A stretch of 44,344 nucleotides of DNA from Deltaproteobacteria bacterium. Lineage in GTDB: Bacteria > Desulfobacterota > Deferrimicrobia > Deferrimicrobiales > Deferrimicrobiaceae. Below the pieces are notes generated by a model. The model saw nothing but the letters and a program-made list of their open reading frames with translations. It was not told the origin of the DNA and ran no database searches. Where the stretch lies: assembly GCA_030668225.1 (NCBI GenBank), contig DAOUUI010000002.1:1-44344 (forward strand). The letters run 5' to 3'. Numbering within the stretch: the stretch's first letter is position 1; each line of letters starts with the position of its first letter. The position numbers were made by a program, and so were the translations under genes. Positions 8,792 to 17,155 of the stretch are shown piece by piece.

Positions 8792-8844
8792 CCCTACGTG
8801 ACCATCTCTCATTGGAAGGCACAAAACTGAAAGGGAGGAACACG

Positions 8845-9612
8845 ATGGGCCGCAACATCGCTCTCCAAACCGCGGAAAGACTCCCCGCGAAGCCTCCGCC
8901 TTTACCCGACCGTGAGACCCTGGTGACCGATTTCCTTCCGGGAATCCGATATCACGCCAGCGTCCTGAAGCTCCGTCTTCCGCAAAGCATCGAGACGGAC
9001 GATCTCGTGAGTTCGGGCATCCTGGGCCTGCTGGACGCCGCCGACAAATTCGACTCCTCGCGAGGGATCAAGTTCAAAACCTACGCCGAATACCGCATCC
9101 GCGGGGCCATGCTCGACTACCTCCGCGAGATGGACTGGTTCTCCCGTGCCGCGAGGCAGAATGCAAACCGGCTGGAGAACGCCTACGAGCAGCTGGAGGC
9201 CTCCCTGGCCCGTCCTCCCCGGGAGGAGGAGGTCGCGAGGACACTGAAGATTTCGGTTGCGGAGCTAAGGAAACAGCTTGCGCTGTATTCCGGACTCTCC
9301 GTCCTCTCGCTGGACGAACCCCTGGACGAGGGCAACGGGACTGCCACCATCGTCCAGAGAATCCTGTCCGACGTCGCAAAGGACGATGTGCTCCAGGAGG
9401 GCCTTCTCCGGGATCTCAAAGAAGTGCTCGCCAAGGCGATCGACGACCTGCCGGAAAGAGAAAAACAGCTGATCGCACTGTACTACTACGAAGAGCTCAC
9501 GATGAAGGAGATCGGGGCCATCTTCGGCCTGGGTGAACCGAGGATCTGCCAGCTTCACGCACAGGCCGTCCTTCGGCTCCGGGGAAAGCTCCAATCCCAG
9601 CTGGAAAGGTAG
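8845..9612 (+). CDS. fliA: RNA polymerase sigma-28 factor, FliA/WhiG family
   Basis: ATG at 8845 is preceded by GGGAGG (8833-8838). Sigma-70 regions 2-4 are recognisable (YAEYRIRGAMLDYLRE; LTMKEIGAIFGLGEPRICQLHAQAVLRLR). Confidence 0.9.
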   Translation: MGRNIALQTAERLPAKPPPLPDRETLVTDFLPGIRYHASVLKLRLPQSIETDDLVSSGILGLLDAADKFDSSRGIKFKTYAEYRIRGAMLDYLREMDWFSRAARQNANRLENAYEQLEASLARPPREEEVARTLKISVAELRKQLALYSGLSVLSLDEPLDEGNGTATIVQRILSDVAKDDVLQEGLLRDLKEVLAKAIDDLPEREKQLIALYYYEELTMKEIGAIFGLGEPRICQLHAQAVLRLRGKLQSQLER

Positions 9613-9614
9613 GG

Positions 9615-9644
9615 TCCCGGAAGGGAGACGTCACCCTTCCGGGA
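9615..9644. terminator. Hairpin between convergent fliA and rmuC (candidate bidirectional terminator)
   Basis: Perfect 11-bp stem TCCCGGAAGGG / CCCTTCCGGGA with an 8-nt loop. It is followed on the + strand by GTTTCT. The rmuC stop codon (9631-9633) lies in the loop. Confidence 0.55.
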
Positions 9645-10728
9645 GTTTCTCCTCCCCACTGCGCAGCGATCCTATACGCGCCCGGAACCTCTCGACATCC
9701 CTTACCGATTCCATGTACTTGGCCTGGGCATTGTCCAGGTGCCTCCCGAATATGCGGAAGTTGTCGGCGAACCGCTCGAAATCCTTCCCCACCCTTTCCA
9801 GCAGGTCCTGGATCTCCCGGGTTTTCTGCTCGATCTTGAATCCGCGGAACGCGAACGCAAGCGCCTGCAGATAGGCGAAGAAACTGTTCGGGGACGTCGG
9901 GATCACCTGGAGCCGCAGGAGCTGCTCGTGAAGCGCCCGGTTTCGAAGAAGAAGATAGTAGACCGACTCCGCGGGGACGAAGAGAAATGCGAAGTCGAGT
10001 GTCTTCGGAGGCCGGATGTATTTGGCGCGGATCGACTCGGCCTGCGTCAGCACGTCGCGGGCAAAGGCCTTCTCGTACTCCCTGCTCGCCGCCTCATCCC
10101 CCTCCCCCTCCAGGAGGGGCAAGGCGTTCGCCATGGGAAACTTGGCGTCGACGCAGACAAACTGGCTCCGGTCGGGGCGCACGAAGATCGCCGCGTCGAC
10201 CCTCTCGCCCCCATCCATCTGGTACTGCAGATCGAACATCTCCGTGTGGGAGCCGAACAGGTCGGAGAGCATCTGCGTCAGGGTAAGCTCCCCGAAGGCG
10301 CCCCGCGCCTTCGGCTGGGTAAGCAGTACGTTTAGCTGGCCGATGTCTCGGGACAGGAGGACCATCTGCCCGGTCGCCGCCCCGAGATCCTTCAGATGCG
10401 AGGCGACCTGGTCGAATCCCTTGACGTTCCGATCCGCCGTCTCGGACAGCTCACGCGCCATCTCCCCCCGGATCTCGCCAAGCTTCTCCTCGATCCGCCG
10501 GGAGATCCCGTCCACCCCCTTGAGAAAGTTCTCCGAAACCTCCTGGCGAAGCCGGGCCATGGCATCCGCCTGCCCCCGGACAAGATCCGATGTGCTCGAT
10601 CTCAGCGCGTCGGAGAAACTCCGCTCCAACCGGTCCAACTTGTCTTGTAGAGGAGCCGTTCGACGAAGGATCACGACGATGAGGGTAGCCACCGCCGCAA
10701 CCAGGGTGAGTACGGGGAGAAAGTCCAT
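9631..10728 (-). CDS. rmuC: DNA recombination protein RmuC
   Basis: N-terminal TM helix (MDFLPVLTLVAAVATLIVVIL), a long coiled-coil region, and a C-terminal nuclease-like domain (FVCVDAKFP...FAFLFVPAESVYY), as in RmuC. Confidence 0.9.
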   Translation of the reverse strand: MDFLPVLTLVAAVATLIVVILRRTAPLQDKLDRLERSFSDALRSSTSDLVRGQADAMARLRQEVSENFLKGVDGISRRIEEKLGEIRGEMARELSETADRNVKGFDQVASHLKDLGAATGQMVLLSRDIGQLNVLLTQPKARGAFGELTLTQMLSDLFGSHTEMFDLQYQMDGGERVDAAIFVRPDRSQFVCVDAKFPMANALPLLEGEGDEAASREYEKAFARDVLTQAESIRAKYIRPPKTLDFAFLFVPAESVYYLLLRNRALHEQLLRLQVIPTSPNSFFAYLQALAFAFRGFKIEQKTREIQDLLERVGKDFERFADNFRIFGRHLDNAQAKYMESVRDVERFRARIGSLRSGEEKLPEG

Positions 10729-10867
10729 GGTAAGATGTCTGCCTCTTTACCGGATCCCGTCCCGCAGCGTGACGACGTTTTCCCTTTCGGACCGGTTCGA
10801 CGTCGCGATACGGCGCGGGGCGACCATCTGTGAAGAGTAGCACAAGAAAAAGCGTCGAGGGGGATAA

Positions 10868-11173
10868 GTGCGGGTCCCAAAGAAACTGGCCATCTTCGGA
10901 TTCAACCTGAGCGCGTCGATCTTCCTCGGGCTTTGCGTGTACGGATTGCTGCTCTACTCCAAAGAGGGAAAGCCCCCCACCGGGTCCCTTCTCTCTTCGG
11001 CCCTCTTCGCTCTGGCCACCATCGGTTGCATCGCCGGAATCGGCTACTTCGGCAGACAGTGGGACATTCGCAACGCAGAAGAGGCGCAAACAGCAAAAGA
11101 GATCCCGTCCGGAAAAGAGATCCCGTCCCGCGCGGGAAAGACGAAAAAAAGAAAACCTCCGAAAAAAACCTGA
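10868..11173 (+). CDS. Small membrane protein with two predicted TM helices and a basic tail
   Basis: GTG start. There are two hydrophobic segments (AIFGFNLSASIFLGLCVYGLLLY; LLSSALFALATIGCIAGIGYF). The C-terminal tail contains a KEIPSGKEIPSR duplication. Confidence 0.45.
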   Translation: MRVPKKLAIFGFNLSASIFLGLCVYGLLLYSKEGKPPTGSLLSSALFALATIGCIAGIGYFGRQWDIRNAEEAQTAKEIPSGKEIPSRAGKTKKRKPPKKT

Positions 11174-11189
11174 CGTCTCGCCGCCAGGG

Positions 11190-12050
11190 TCACCCGGGGA
11201 CTGCCTGCCTCCGCCGGAGGAGAGTGCGGACCGCTTCCTCCGGCGTTTCCCGTTCGAAGAGGGGCGGGCCGGAAATCTGCGGGTGCAACTGCTCGAACGT
11301 GGGCTTTTCCTTGCGGTAAAGAACTCCCAGCGGGATTCTTTCCTCCCATTCGAGCGCAAGGGTCAAGGCCTTTTCCCGGTCCGTCACATCGTGGTCGGGG
11401 GGCAGTTTGTACGCCATTTTGCCGTACCAGTCGTACGTGTTCTTCTTGTTGAACGTAACGCACGGCGTCAGGATGTCGACGAGGGCGAAGCCCGGGAAAC
11501 GGATCGCCTGAAGCATCAGGTCGGCGGTAAATTCCGGGTCCGCCGCATACCCCCGCGCCACGAAACCGCAGCCGAGTGCCAGGGCGACCGCCAGCGGAGG
11601 GAACGGCCCCGAGATCACCCCGGAGCGCTGCAGCGAGCCGGTCCAGCCGGCGTCCGACGTGGGTGACGGCTGCCCCTTCGTCAACCCGTAGACCTGGTTG
11701 TCGTGGACGAAGAGCGCAATGTCGACGTTTCTGCGCACGTTGTGAATGAAATGGTTCCCGCCCTCCCCGTAGATGTCGCCGTCGCCGCTCGTCACGATGA
11801 CGGTGAGCCCCGGGTTGGCCATCTTGATCGCCGCCGCCGCGGGAAGGGCCCTGCCGTGCAGTCCGTTGAATACGTTGACGTCCACTTGGTGCGGGAGTTT
11901 CGCCGCCTGCCCGATGCCGGAAACGAGGACGACCTCGTGCTTCCGCTTCCCCGTCGCCTCCAGCGCCTTCTTGACCGCGTTCAGGATCCCGAAGTTGCCG
12001 CACCCGGGGCACCACGCGTTTTCGAAATCGGTATCGAACCTGCCTACCAA
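11190..12050 (-). CDS. 2-oxoacid:ferredoxin oxidoreductase, beta (TPP-binding) subunit
   Basis: TTG start at 12050 is preceded by AGGAGG and overlaps the alpha-subunit stop. It has WCPGCGNFGI and the TPP motif SGDGDIYGEGGNHFIH. The upstream part of listed ORF 11190..13133 is out of frame over the alpha gene. Confidence 0.85.
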   Translation of the reverse strand: MVGRFDTDFENAWCPGCGNFGILNAVKKALEATGKRKHEVVLVSGIGQAAKLPHQVDVNVFNGLHGRALPAAAAIKMANPGLTVIVTSGDGDIYGEGGNHFIHNVRRNVDIALFVHDNQVYGLTKGQPSPTSDAGWTGSLQRSGVISGPFPPLAVALALGCGFVARGYAADPEFTADLMLQAIRFPGFALVDILTPCVTFNKKNTYDWYGKMAYKLPPDHDVTDREKALTLALEWEERIPLGVLYRKEKPTFEQLHPQISGPPLFERETPEEAVRTLLRRRQAVPG

Positions 12051-13750
12051 CCCTTCCTCCTGACGTCTTCGGCCAGCTTGGCCGGGGTGAACGGCAGCCC
12101 GTCGTACCGCGATATCGTCCCGTCGATCCTCACGCCGCATTCGGTCCTGATCAGCCGGGCCAGCTGACCGAGGGCGTTGTTCTCCACCGTGAGCGCCGTC
12201 CCGTAGCGTGGCACGATCCCCGAGACTTCCTCGGCGGGGAACGGCATCACTTGCCGCAGGTGGACCGTCGCCACGGTCCGCCCCTCCCGGGCGAGGATTT
12301 GCCGGGTCTCTTCGATCACCTCTTTCGTCGATCCGAAGCCGATCAGGAGCAGGTCCCCGTTCGGCGGCCCGGCGACGAGGGGAGGGACAACCCTTTTGGC
12401 CAGCATCGCCCCCTTGCGAAGACGCTTCTCCACCATCCGGGTCCGCGTCGCGTGGTCCTCCGTGAGATGTCCGTCCTCCGTATGCTCGTCGCTGTCGACC
12501 ACGACGGTGATCCCGGGCTCCCCCGGCACCGCCATCGGCGAGATGCCGCTTTCCGTATAGGCGTGGCGGAGATACTTCCCCTCCCGCGAGCGGGGAACGG
12601 AATCGCCGCGGACGATGTGCCGGCGGACGGGATGAACGTCCAGAACCTCGGGGTCGATATCCACGATCGTGTCCGCCAGGTACTGGTCGGTCAGCAGCAG
12701 GGCGGGCACCTGGAATTCCTCGGCCAGGTCCATCGCGCGCTGCGCGAGGTCGAACGCCTCCTCGGGGGACCCCGGGGCAAGCACGAGACGGGGAAATTCG
12801 CCGTGGCCCGCGGACAGGACGAATTCCAGATCCCCCTGCTCGGTCCGGGTCGGCATTCCGGTCGCCGGGCCGGGCCGCATCGCGACCGCGATGACCACGG
12901 GCGTCTCCATCATTCCGGCAAGCGATAACGCCTCGACCATCAACGCGAACCCGCCTCCCGAGGTGGCAACGATGGCGCGCGCACCTGTGTAGGCCGCGCC
13001 GATCGCCATGGTAAGCGCCGCGATCTCGTCCTCGGCCTGCTCGAACACCAACCCGACCGAGGGTCCATCGTTCGCCAGAACGGACAGGATCCCGGTGCCC
13101 GGGGTCATCGGATACCCGGCTGCGAACTTGCATCCGCCCGCGAGCGCTCCCAGCGCAAGCGCCTCGTTCCCCGACAGGATGATCGGTCGCGAGTGAACCC
13201 GGGCGGGGAGGCGGAACCTCTCCCTGATCTTCTCCGGGAGATATTCTTTCGCCCAGTCCGCTCCGAGCCTTAACGCCGTGTGGTTCTTTTCGAAAAAATC
13301 CCCCTTGAACTCGGCCTTGAAAACGGCGTCCGCGGTTTCCAGGGGAATCCCCAGCACCCAGGCGATCACGCCGGTCCCCGCGACGTTCGCAAGTATCGGA
13401 CTTCCCGCCTGCACGGCCATCTCCTTGAGCGGCGCGGGGAAAAGCGGCGGATCGGCGGAAGGGACGTCGGCCAGGGCGAACCCGCCCTCACCGACACCGG
13501 GAAGATAATGCGGCAGGAGGTCCGGGTTCAAGGCGAGAAGGATGTCCGCCTCCTCCCTCCCCGCACGAACGGGTTCGGACCCGATCCGGATCCCCTGCGC
13601 GTTCCTCCCCCCCCGGATCCGGCTCATGTAATCCTGGGTGACGTGGAAATGGTACCCGGCGCCCACGACCATCCGCATGATCAGGTTGCTGACAGTGTGC
13701 ACCCCCTGACCGGCGCCGCCGGCCACGCGCACATTTACATCGATCCCCAA
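12044..13750 (-). CDS. 2-oxoacid:ferredoxin oxidoreductase, fused gamma-alpha subunit
   Basis: TTG start at 13750 is preceded by GGGAGAGGGAG. The N-terminal gamma-like domain (VRVAGGAGQGVHTVSNL) is followed by an alpha domain (GNEALALGALAGGCKFAAGYPMTPGT). No delta/ferredoxin subunit gene is present. Confidence 0.85.
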   Translation of the reverse strand: MGIDVNVRVAGGAGQGVHTVSNLIMRMVVGAGYHFHVTQDYMSRIRGGRNAQGIRIGSEPVRAGREEADILLALNPDLLPHYLPGVGEGGFALADVPSADPPLFPAPLKEMAVQAGSPILANVAGTGVIAWVLGIPLETADAVFKAEFKGDFFEKNHTALRLGADWAKEYLPEKIRERFRLPARVHSRPIILSGNEALALGALAGGCKFAAGYPMTPGTGILSVLANDGPSVGLVFEQAEDEIAALTMAIGAAYTGARAIVATSGGGFALMVEALSLAGMMETPVVIAVAMRPGPATGMPTRTEQGDLEFVLSAGHGEFPRLVLAPGSPEEAFDLAQRAMDLAEEFQVPALLLTDQYLADTIVDIDPEVLDVHPVRRHIVRGDSVPRSREGKYLRHAYTESGISPMAVPGEPGITVVVDSDEHTEDGHLTEDHATRTRMVEKRLRKGAMLAKRVVPPLVAGPPNGDLLLIGFGSTKEVIEETRQILAREGRTVATVHLRQVMPFPAEEVSGIVPRYGTALTVENNALGQLARLIRTECGVRIDGTISRYDGLPFTPAKLAEDVRRKGW

Positions 13751-13762
13751 TGCTCCCTCTCC

Positions 13763-14182
13763 CTACTGTCCGGCGGTTTTTTTAGCGATGCGGGCGTTGA
13801 ACTTGGCGAAGTCGACCGTAAACCGCTCGTGGGTCCCCTTCCCGATCACCTCGACCTCGTCCCTTCCCTCGATCTCCCACACGGTCCGGCGTCCATCGAT
13901 CCCGATGCACCGGACGTGGACGGAGACCTCCATCCCCGGCGGCGTCGCCGCGGTGTGGGTCACGTTGACGAGCGTCCCGACGCTCCCCTCCCCCGGGTCC
14001 ATATGCGGGGCCATCGCCTCGATGCACGCCCACTCGAAGAGGCCCACCCAGAAACCCGTGGCGAACACCTTCGGCATCTCCTGGAATACCGGCGCCTCCG
14101 GGTACAGAAACGGCACCGTCTTGTTTTCCGGAACACGGTATTTGTGGACGTGCTCCAACCCCACCTTAAGCGTCTCTTTCAT
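13763..14182 (-). CDS. Hotdog-fold thioesterase, FlK (fluoroacetyl-CoA thioesterase)-like family
   Basis: 139 aa. It carries the motifs VFATGFWVGLFEWACIEAMAP, PGEGSVGT, VTHTAATPPG and GTHERF, which are characteristic of the FlK-like thioesterase family as I recall it. It lies 12 nt upstream of the OFOR alpha gene. Confidence 0.75.
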   Translation of the reverse strand: MKETLKVGLEHVHKYRVPENKTVPFLYPEAPVFQEMPKVFATGFWVGLFEWACIEAMAPHMDPGEGSVGTLVNVTHTAATPPGMEVSVHVRCIGIDGRRTVWEIEGRDEVEVIGKGTHERFTVDFAKFNARIAKKTAGQ

Positions 14183-14407
14183 CGCTCCCCCCTCGCCTCC
14201 TTCTAAGGATTGTCAACATCCCGGCTCCGGGCGAACCGCCGGAACCTTCCTCGGAAAAGATAGACGATTTCCCGATCGAGGTACAATGAAAGAAAAATAA
14301 ACCGACGGCCCGGGATTTTAAGGAAGGCGCTCGTCTGGGCGATCTCGAAAAGGTAAGATAGGAAGATATTCCACGGCACGCGCAACCGCCGGCAGAGGAG
14401 GAACTCG

Positions 14408-16504
14408 ATGGCTTCGTTCCCTGTGCGGATTCGCTTCGGGGGTTTTCTTGCAATCGTTTTCGTATTCGCTGCGGCGTTCTCGGGCTGTGGCGACTCCTCC
14501 GTCTCGCAGGCGGATTCGGTCGTCGCCTTCGCAGGCGGCGAAGGCGGACCGGGGTTCTTCGACGGTTCTCCCGCAGACCCGGTCCGGTTCGATTCCTCCT
14601 CGGGCGTAGCCGTCACCACGACGGGGGATCGCTTCGTGGCCGACACGGAAAACCACCTGATCCGGAAGATCGACGCCTCGGGGAACGTCACGACCTTTGC
14701 CGGCGCCTTCGGGGTGGCCGGTTCCGCGGACGGCACCGGCCCGGCGGCCCGTTTCAACCAGCCCTCCGGGATCACCGCCGTCGGCACCGTTCTTTTTCTT
14801 TGCGATACGGGAAACCACACCATCCGCCGCATAAGCGCGAGCAGAGTGGTCACCACGGTTGCGGGCACACCCGGAGTCCCCGGCGCGGTCGACAACACCT
14901 TCGGATCGGGAAATGTCCTCTTTTCGGCGCCCCGGGGGATCTCTTCCAACGTGTCGCCCGGTGGGGCAGCTACCCCCACCCTGTTCGTGGCGGATACGGG
15001 AAACCACACCGTCCGCAGGATGTCCTCCTCGGGCGCAACGACAACGCTCGCCGGTTCGGGAACCCCCGGGTTCGTCGACGATACGGGCACGGCGGCAAGC
15101 TTCTTCTCTCCCGAAGGGATCACCTTCGACGGAGCGTCCATTTTCGTCGCCGACACGGGAAACCACGCGATCCGGAAGGTCACACCGGTGGGCAGCGTGG
15201 GGGACGTCACCACCCTGGCGGGGGACGGAACCCCCGGTTTCGTCGACAACACGTCCGGTGCGTCCGCCCAGTTCTCCTCCCCCGTCGCTCTGGCCTCCAT
15301 CGGGAGCTTTCTTTTCGTTTCGGACACGGGAAACCACGTCATCCGGAAAGTCAACACGACGAATCTCGGGTTCACCACCACACTGGCAGGCTCCCCCCAG
15401 ATCGCCGGATTCGCCGACGGAACCGGAACGCTTGCCAGCTTCGATTCTCCGGAGGGAATCGCGTCGGACGGCTTCACCTCGCCTTCCCTCTATGTGGCGG
15501 ACACGGGGAACCACATCGTTCGCAAGGTCACCCTCGGGGGTAGCGTAACGACCGTGGCGGGAAATCCCCCGCAGGCAGGTTCGACGGATCTGCAAGGGGC
15601 GGCAGCCCGGTTCCGGGCTCCTGCCGGGGTTGCCCTCATCGGGGACGACGTGTTCGTCGCCGACACGGAAAACCACACGATCCGGAAAATCGACAGCGCG
15701 GGTGTGGCGACCACCATCGCCGGGTCCGCAGGATCCCCTGGATCGACCGATACCCCCCCGAGGTTCCGGTTTCCCGGGGGAATCACGGCCCTGGGAGGCG
15801 ACCTGTATGTCACAGACTCGGAAAATCATACCATCCGGAAGGTCACCACAGGCGGCCTCGTGACGACGATCGCGGGCGACCCGGGGACGACCGGATCCGC
15901 CGACGGGAGCGGCACCACGGCACTCTTCAACAACCCGCAGGGAATCGTGGTGTTGGGGGGAGATCTCTACGTGGCGGATTCCGGGAACCACACCATACGG
16001 AAGGTCACCACCGGCGGGGACGTGACGACGCTTGCCGGAAGCGCCGGGAACGCGGGGTCCGCGAACGGTTCCTCCGCGGACGCCCGTTTCCGCTCTCCCC
16101 TGGGCATCGCCGTGCTCGGGGCCAGCTTGTACGTCGCCGATTCGGGAAACCACACGATCCGGAAGGTCCTGGTCCCATCCGGAACGACCTCCACGTTCGC
16201 CGGATCCGCAGGGCAACCCGGTGTCGCGGACGGTTCGGGGGCAACTGCACGATTTTCATCACCGGACGGGATCGCCGGGGTCGGGTCGGCTCTCTATGTC
16301 GCGGACCGGGGAAACCACGCCGTCCGCAGAATAAGCACATTGCGAAAAGTGACCACCTTCGTCGGGAACCCCGGGGCGGCAACCACCCGTAACGGCGATT
16401 CGAACAACGCGTTGCTGAACGCGCCCACCGGGATCACGGGAGTGGAGGGGACGATCTACTTCACCGACATCAACGAGAACGTCGTCCGAAAGATCCTCTT
16501 CTAG
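14408..16504 (+). CDS. NHL-repeat lipoprotein, 12 blades (two predicted six-bladed beta-propellers)
   Basis: GAGGAGG Shine-Dalgarno (SD) sequence. The signal peptide has the lipobox AAAFSG|C. There are twelve copies of the [FY]V[AS]D[TS][GE]NH.[IV]R[KR][IV] motif at roughly 55-60-aa spacing. Confidence 0.85.
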   Translation: MASFPVRIRFGGFLAIVFVFAAAFSGCGDSSVSQADSVVAFAGGEGGPGFFDGSPADPVRFDSSSGVAVTTTGDRFVADTENHLIRKIDASGNVTTFAGAFGVAGSADGTGPAARFNQPSGITAVGTVLFLCDTGNHTIRRISASRVVTTVAGTPGVPGAVDNTFGSGNVLFSAPRGISSNVSPGGAATPTLFVADTGNHTVRRMSSSGATTTLAGSGTPGFVDDTGTAASFFSPEGITFDGASIFVADTGNHAIRKVTPVGSVGDVTTLAGDGTPGFVDNTSGASAQFSSPVALASIGSFLFVSDTGNHVIRKVNTTNLGFTTTLAGSPQIAGFADGTGTLASFDSPEGIASDGFTSPSLYVADTGNHIVRKVTLGGSVTTVAGNPPQAGSTDLQGAAARFRAPAGVALIGDDVFVADTENHTIRKIDSAGVATTIAGSAGSPGSTDTPPRFRFPGGITALGGDLYVTDSENHTIRKVTTGGLVTTIAGDPGTTGSADGSGTTALFNNPQGIVVLGGDLYVADSGNHTIRKVTTGGDVTTLAGSAGNAGSANGSSADARFRSPLGIAVLGASLYVADSGNHTIRKVLVPSGTTSTFAGSAGQPGVADGSGATARFSSPDGIAGVGSALYVADRGNHAVRRISTLRKVTTFVGNPGAATTRNGDSNNALLNAPTGITGVEGTIYFTDINENVVRKILF
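14633..16501 (+). repeat. Coding tandem repeat array (NHL blades, about 170-180 nt period)
   Basis: The core GCCGACACGGGAAACCAC.....ATCCGGAAGGTC and close variants recur 12 times. All copies are in frame within the NHL gene. Confidence 0.8.
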
Positions 16505-16546
16505 AAAGGAGTCGGGATCACGTCCACCTGAAACGGGAGACCGCCC

Positions 16547-17062
16547 TCACGCCTCTCTCACCCAGTTCACCCGCACCAGTTTCGCATCAGCGGACCATTT
16601 GTACGTAAGCGTTCCGCTGCACGCCTTGTAGACTTCCCTTCCGATCCGCTGGGCAAGCTTCTCCACCGTCGTCGAAACATCGAACCCGTCTTCGACCTCC
16701 GTAAACTTGATGATCCGCGCGAGGGGATTGAACCCCATCGCCCGCTTCTCCTCGTTTCGGATGAGGTTCCGGATCTCTTCCCTGTGTTCCCGGATGAACC
16801 CGCCGCGGAGCGTGACCAACCCCGCGATGAAGCCGTCGGCGATCTTCCGGCACGCCGGGCAGCGCCTGCTCGCGGTTTCGCCGCCTTTCTTGCCGGTCAG
16901 CGCCTTGAACTCCTTCTCGTCCAGGGTCCAGCGCTTGTTCCGGCATATGGCGTGGCATCCCGGACAGATGCTCACCGATGGCGCGGTTTTTTTGGGAAGA
17001 TACGGGTCGGTTTCCCGGGTAACGTTCTTTTTGTGGGCGGGGCTGTACGTGAACCTTGCCAT
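16547..17062 (-). CDS. NMD3-like zinc-ribbon protein (BCAM0308-type family)
   Basis: 171 aa. The cysteine pattern is CPGC-x3-C ... CPAC (SICPGCHAIC...RRCPACRK), followed by an alpha/beta domain. A strong SD (GGGAGGAGGGAAG) precedes it. It lies 93 nt downstream of the Clp-like ATPase with no hairpin in between. Confidence 0.7.
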   Translation of the reverse strand: MARFTYSPAHKKNVTRETDPYLPKKTAPSVSICPGCHAICRNKRWTLDEKEFKALTGKKGGETASRRCPACRKIADGFIAGLVTLRGGFIREHREEIRNLIRNEEKRAMGFNPLARIIKFTEVEDGFDVSTTVEKLAQRIGREVYKACSGTLTYKWSADAKLVRVNWVREA

Positions 17063-17155
17063 CGTCTTCCCTCCTCCCGTGCAGACGTGACGGTTGGATG
17101 CGAAGGACTCCCCCTAATAAGACACTCCCGGGGACAGGCGGGTTCCGGCCGGCGG

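Noticed and set aside
12051-13133. Upstream two-thirds of ORF 11190..13133
   Set aside because: This is Arg/Gly-rich off-frame reading across the OFOR alpha gene. The beta-subunit homology starts at LVGRFDTDFENAWCPGCG, with its own SD and TTG.
14374-14390. CGGCAC-GCGCA-ACCGC upstream of the NHL gene as a sigma-54 promoter
   Set aside because: Both the -24 (CGGCAC) and the -12 (ACCG) deviate from the consensus at invariant positions.
14203-16216. Very long minus-strand ORFs (424 aa and 632 aa) opposite the NHL gene
   Set aside because: They are mirror images of the NHL repeat (VWFPVSAT = reverse complement of VADTGNHT). They are Arg/Gly/Pro-rich, lack SD sequences, and overlap a gene with clear family motifs.
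14633-16501. Regularly spaced DNA repeats that might look like a CRISPR array
   Set aside because: The period is about 170-180 nt. The repeats are imperfect and in frame, and the 'spacers' are homologous to each other. This is a protein repeat, not repeat-spacer architecture, and no cas genes are present.
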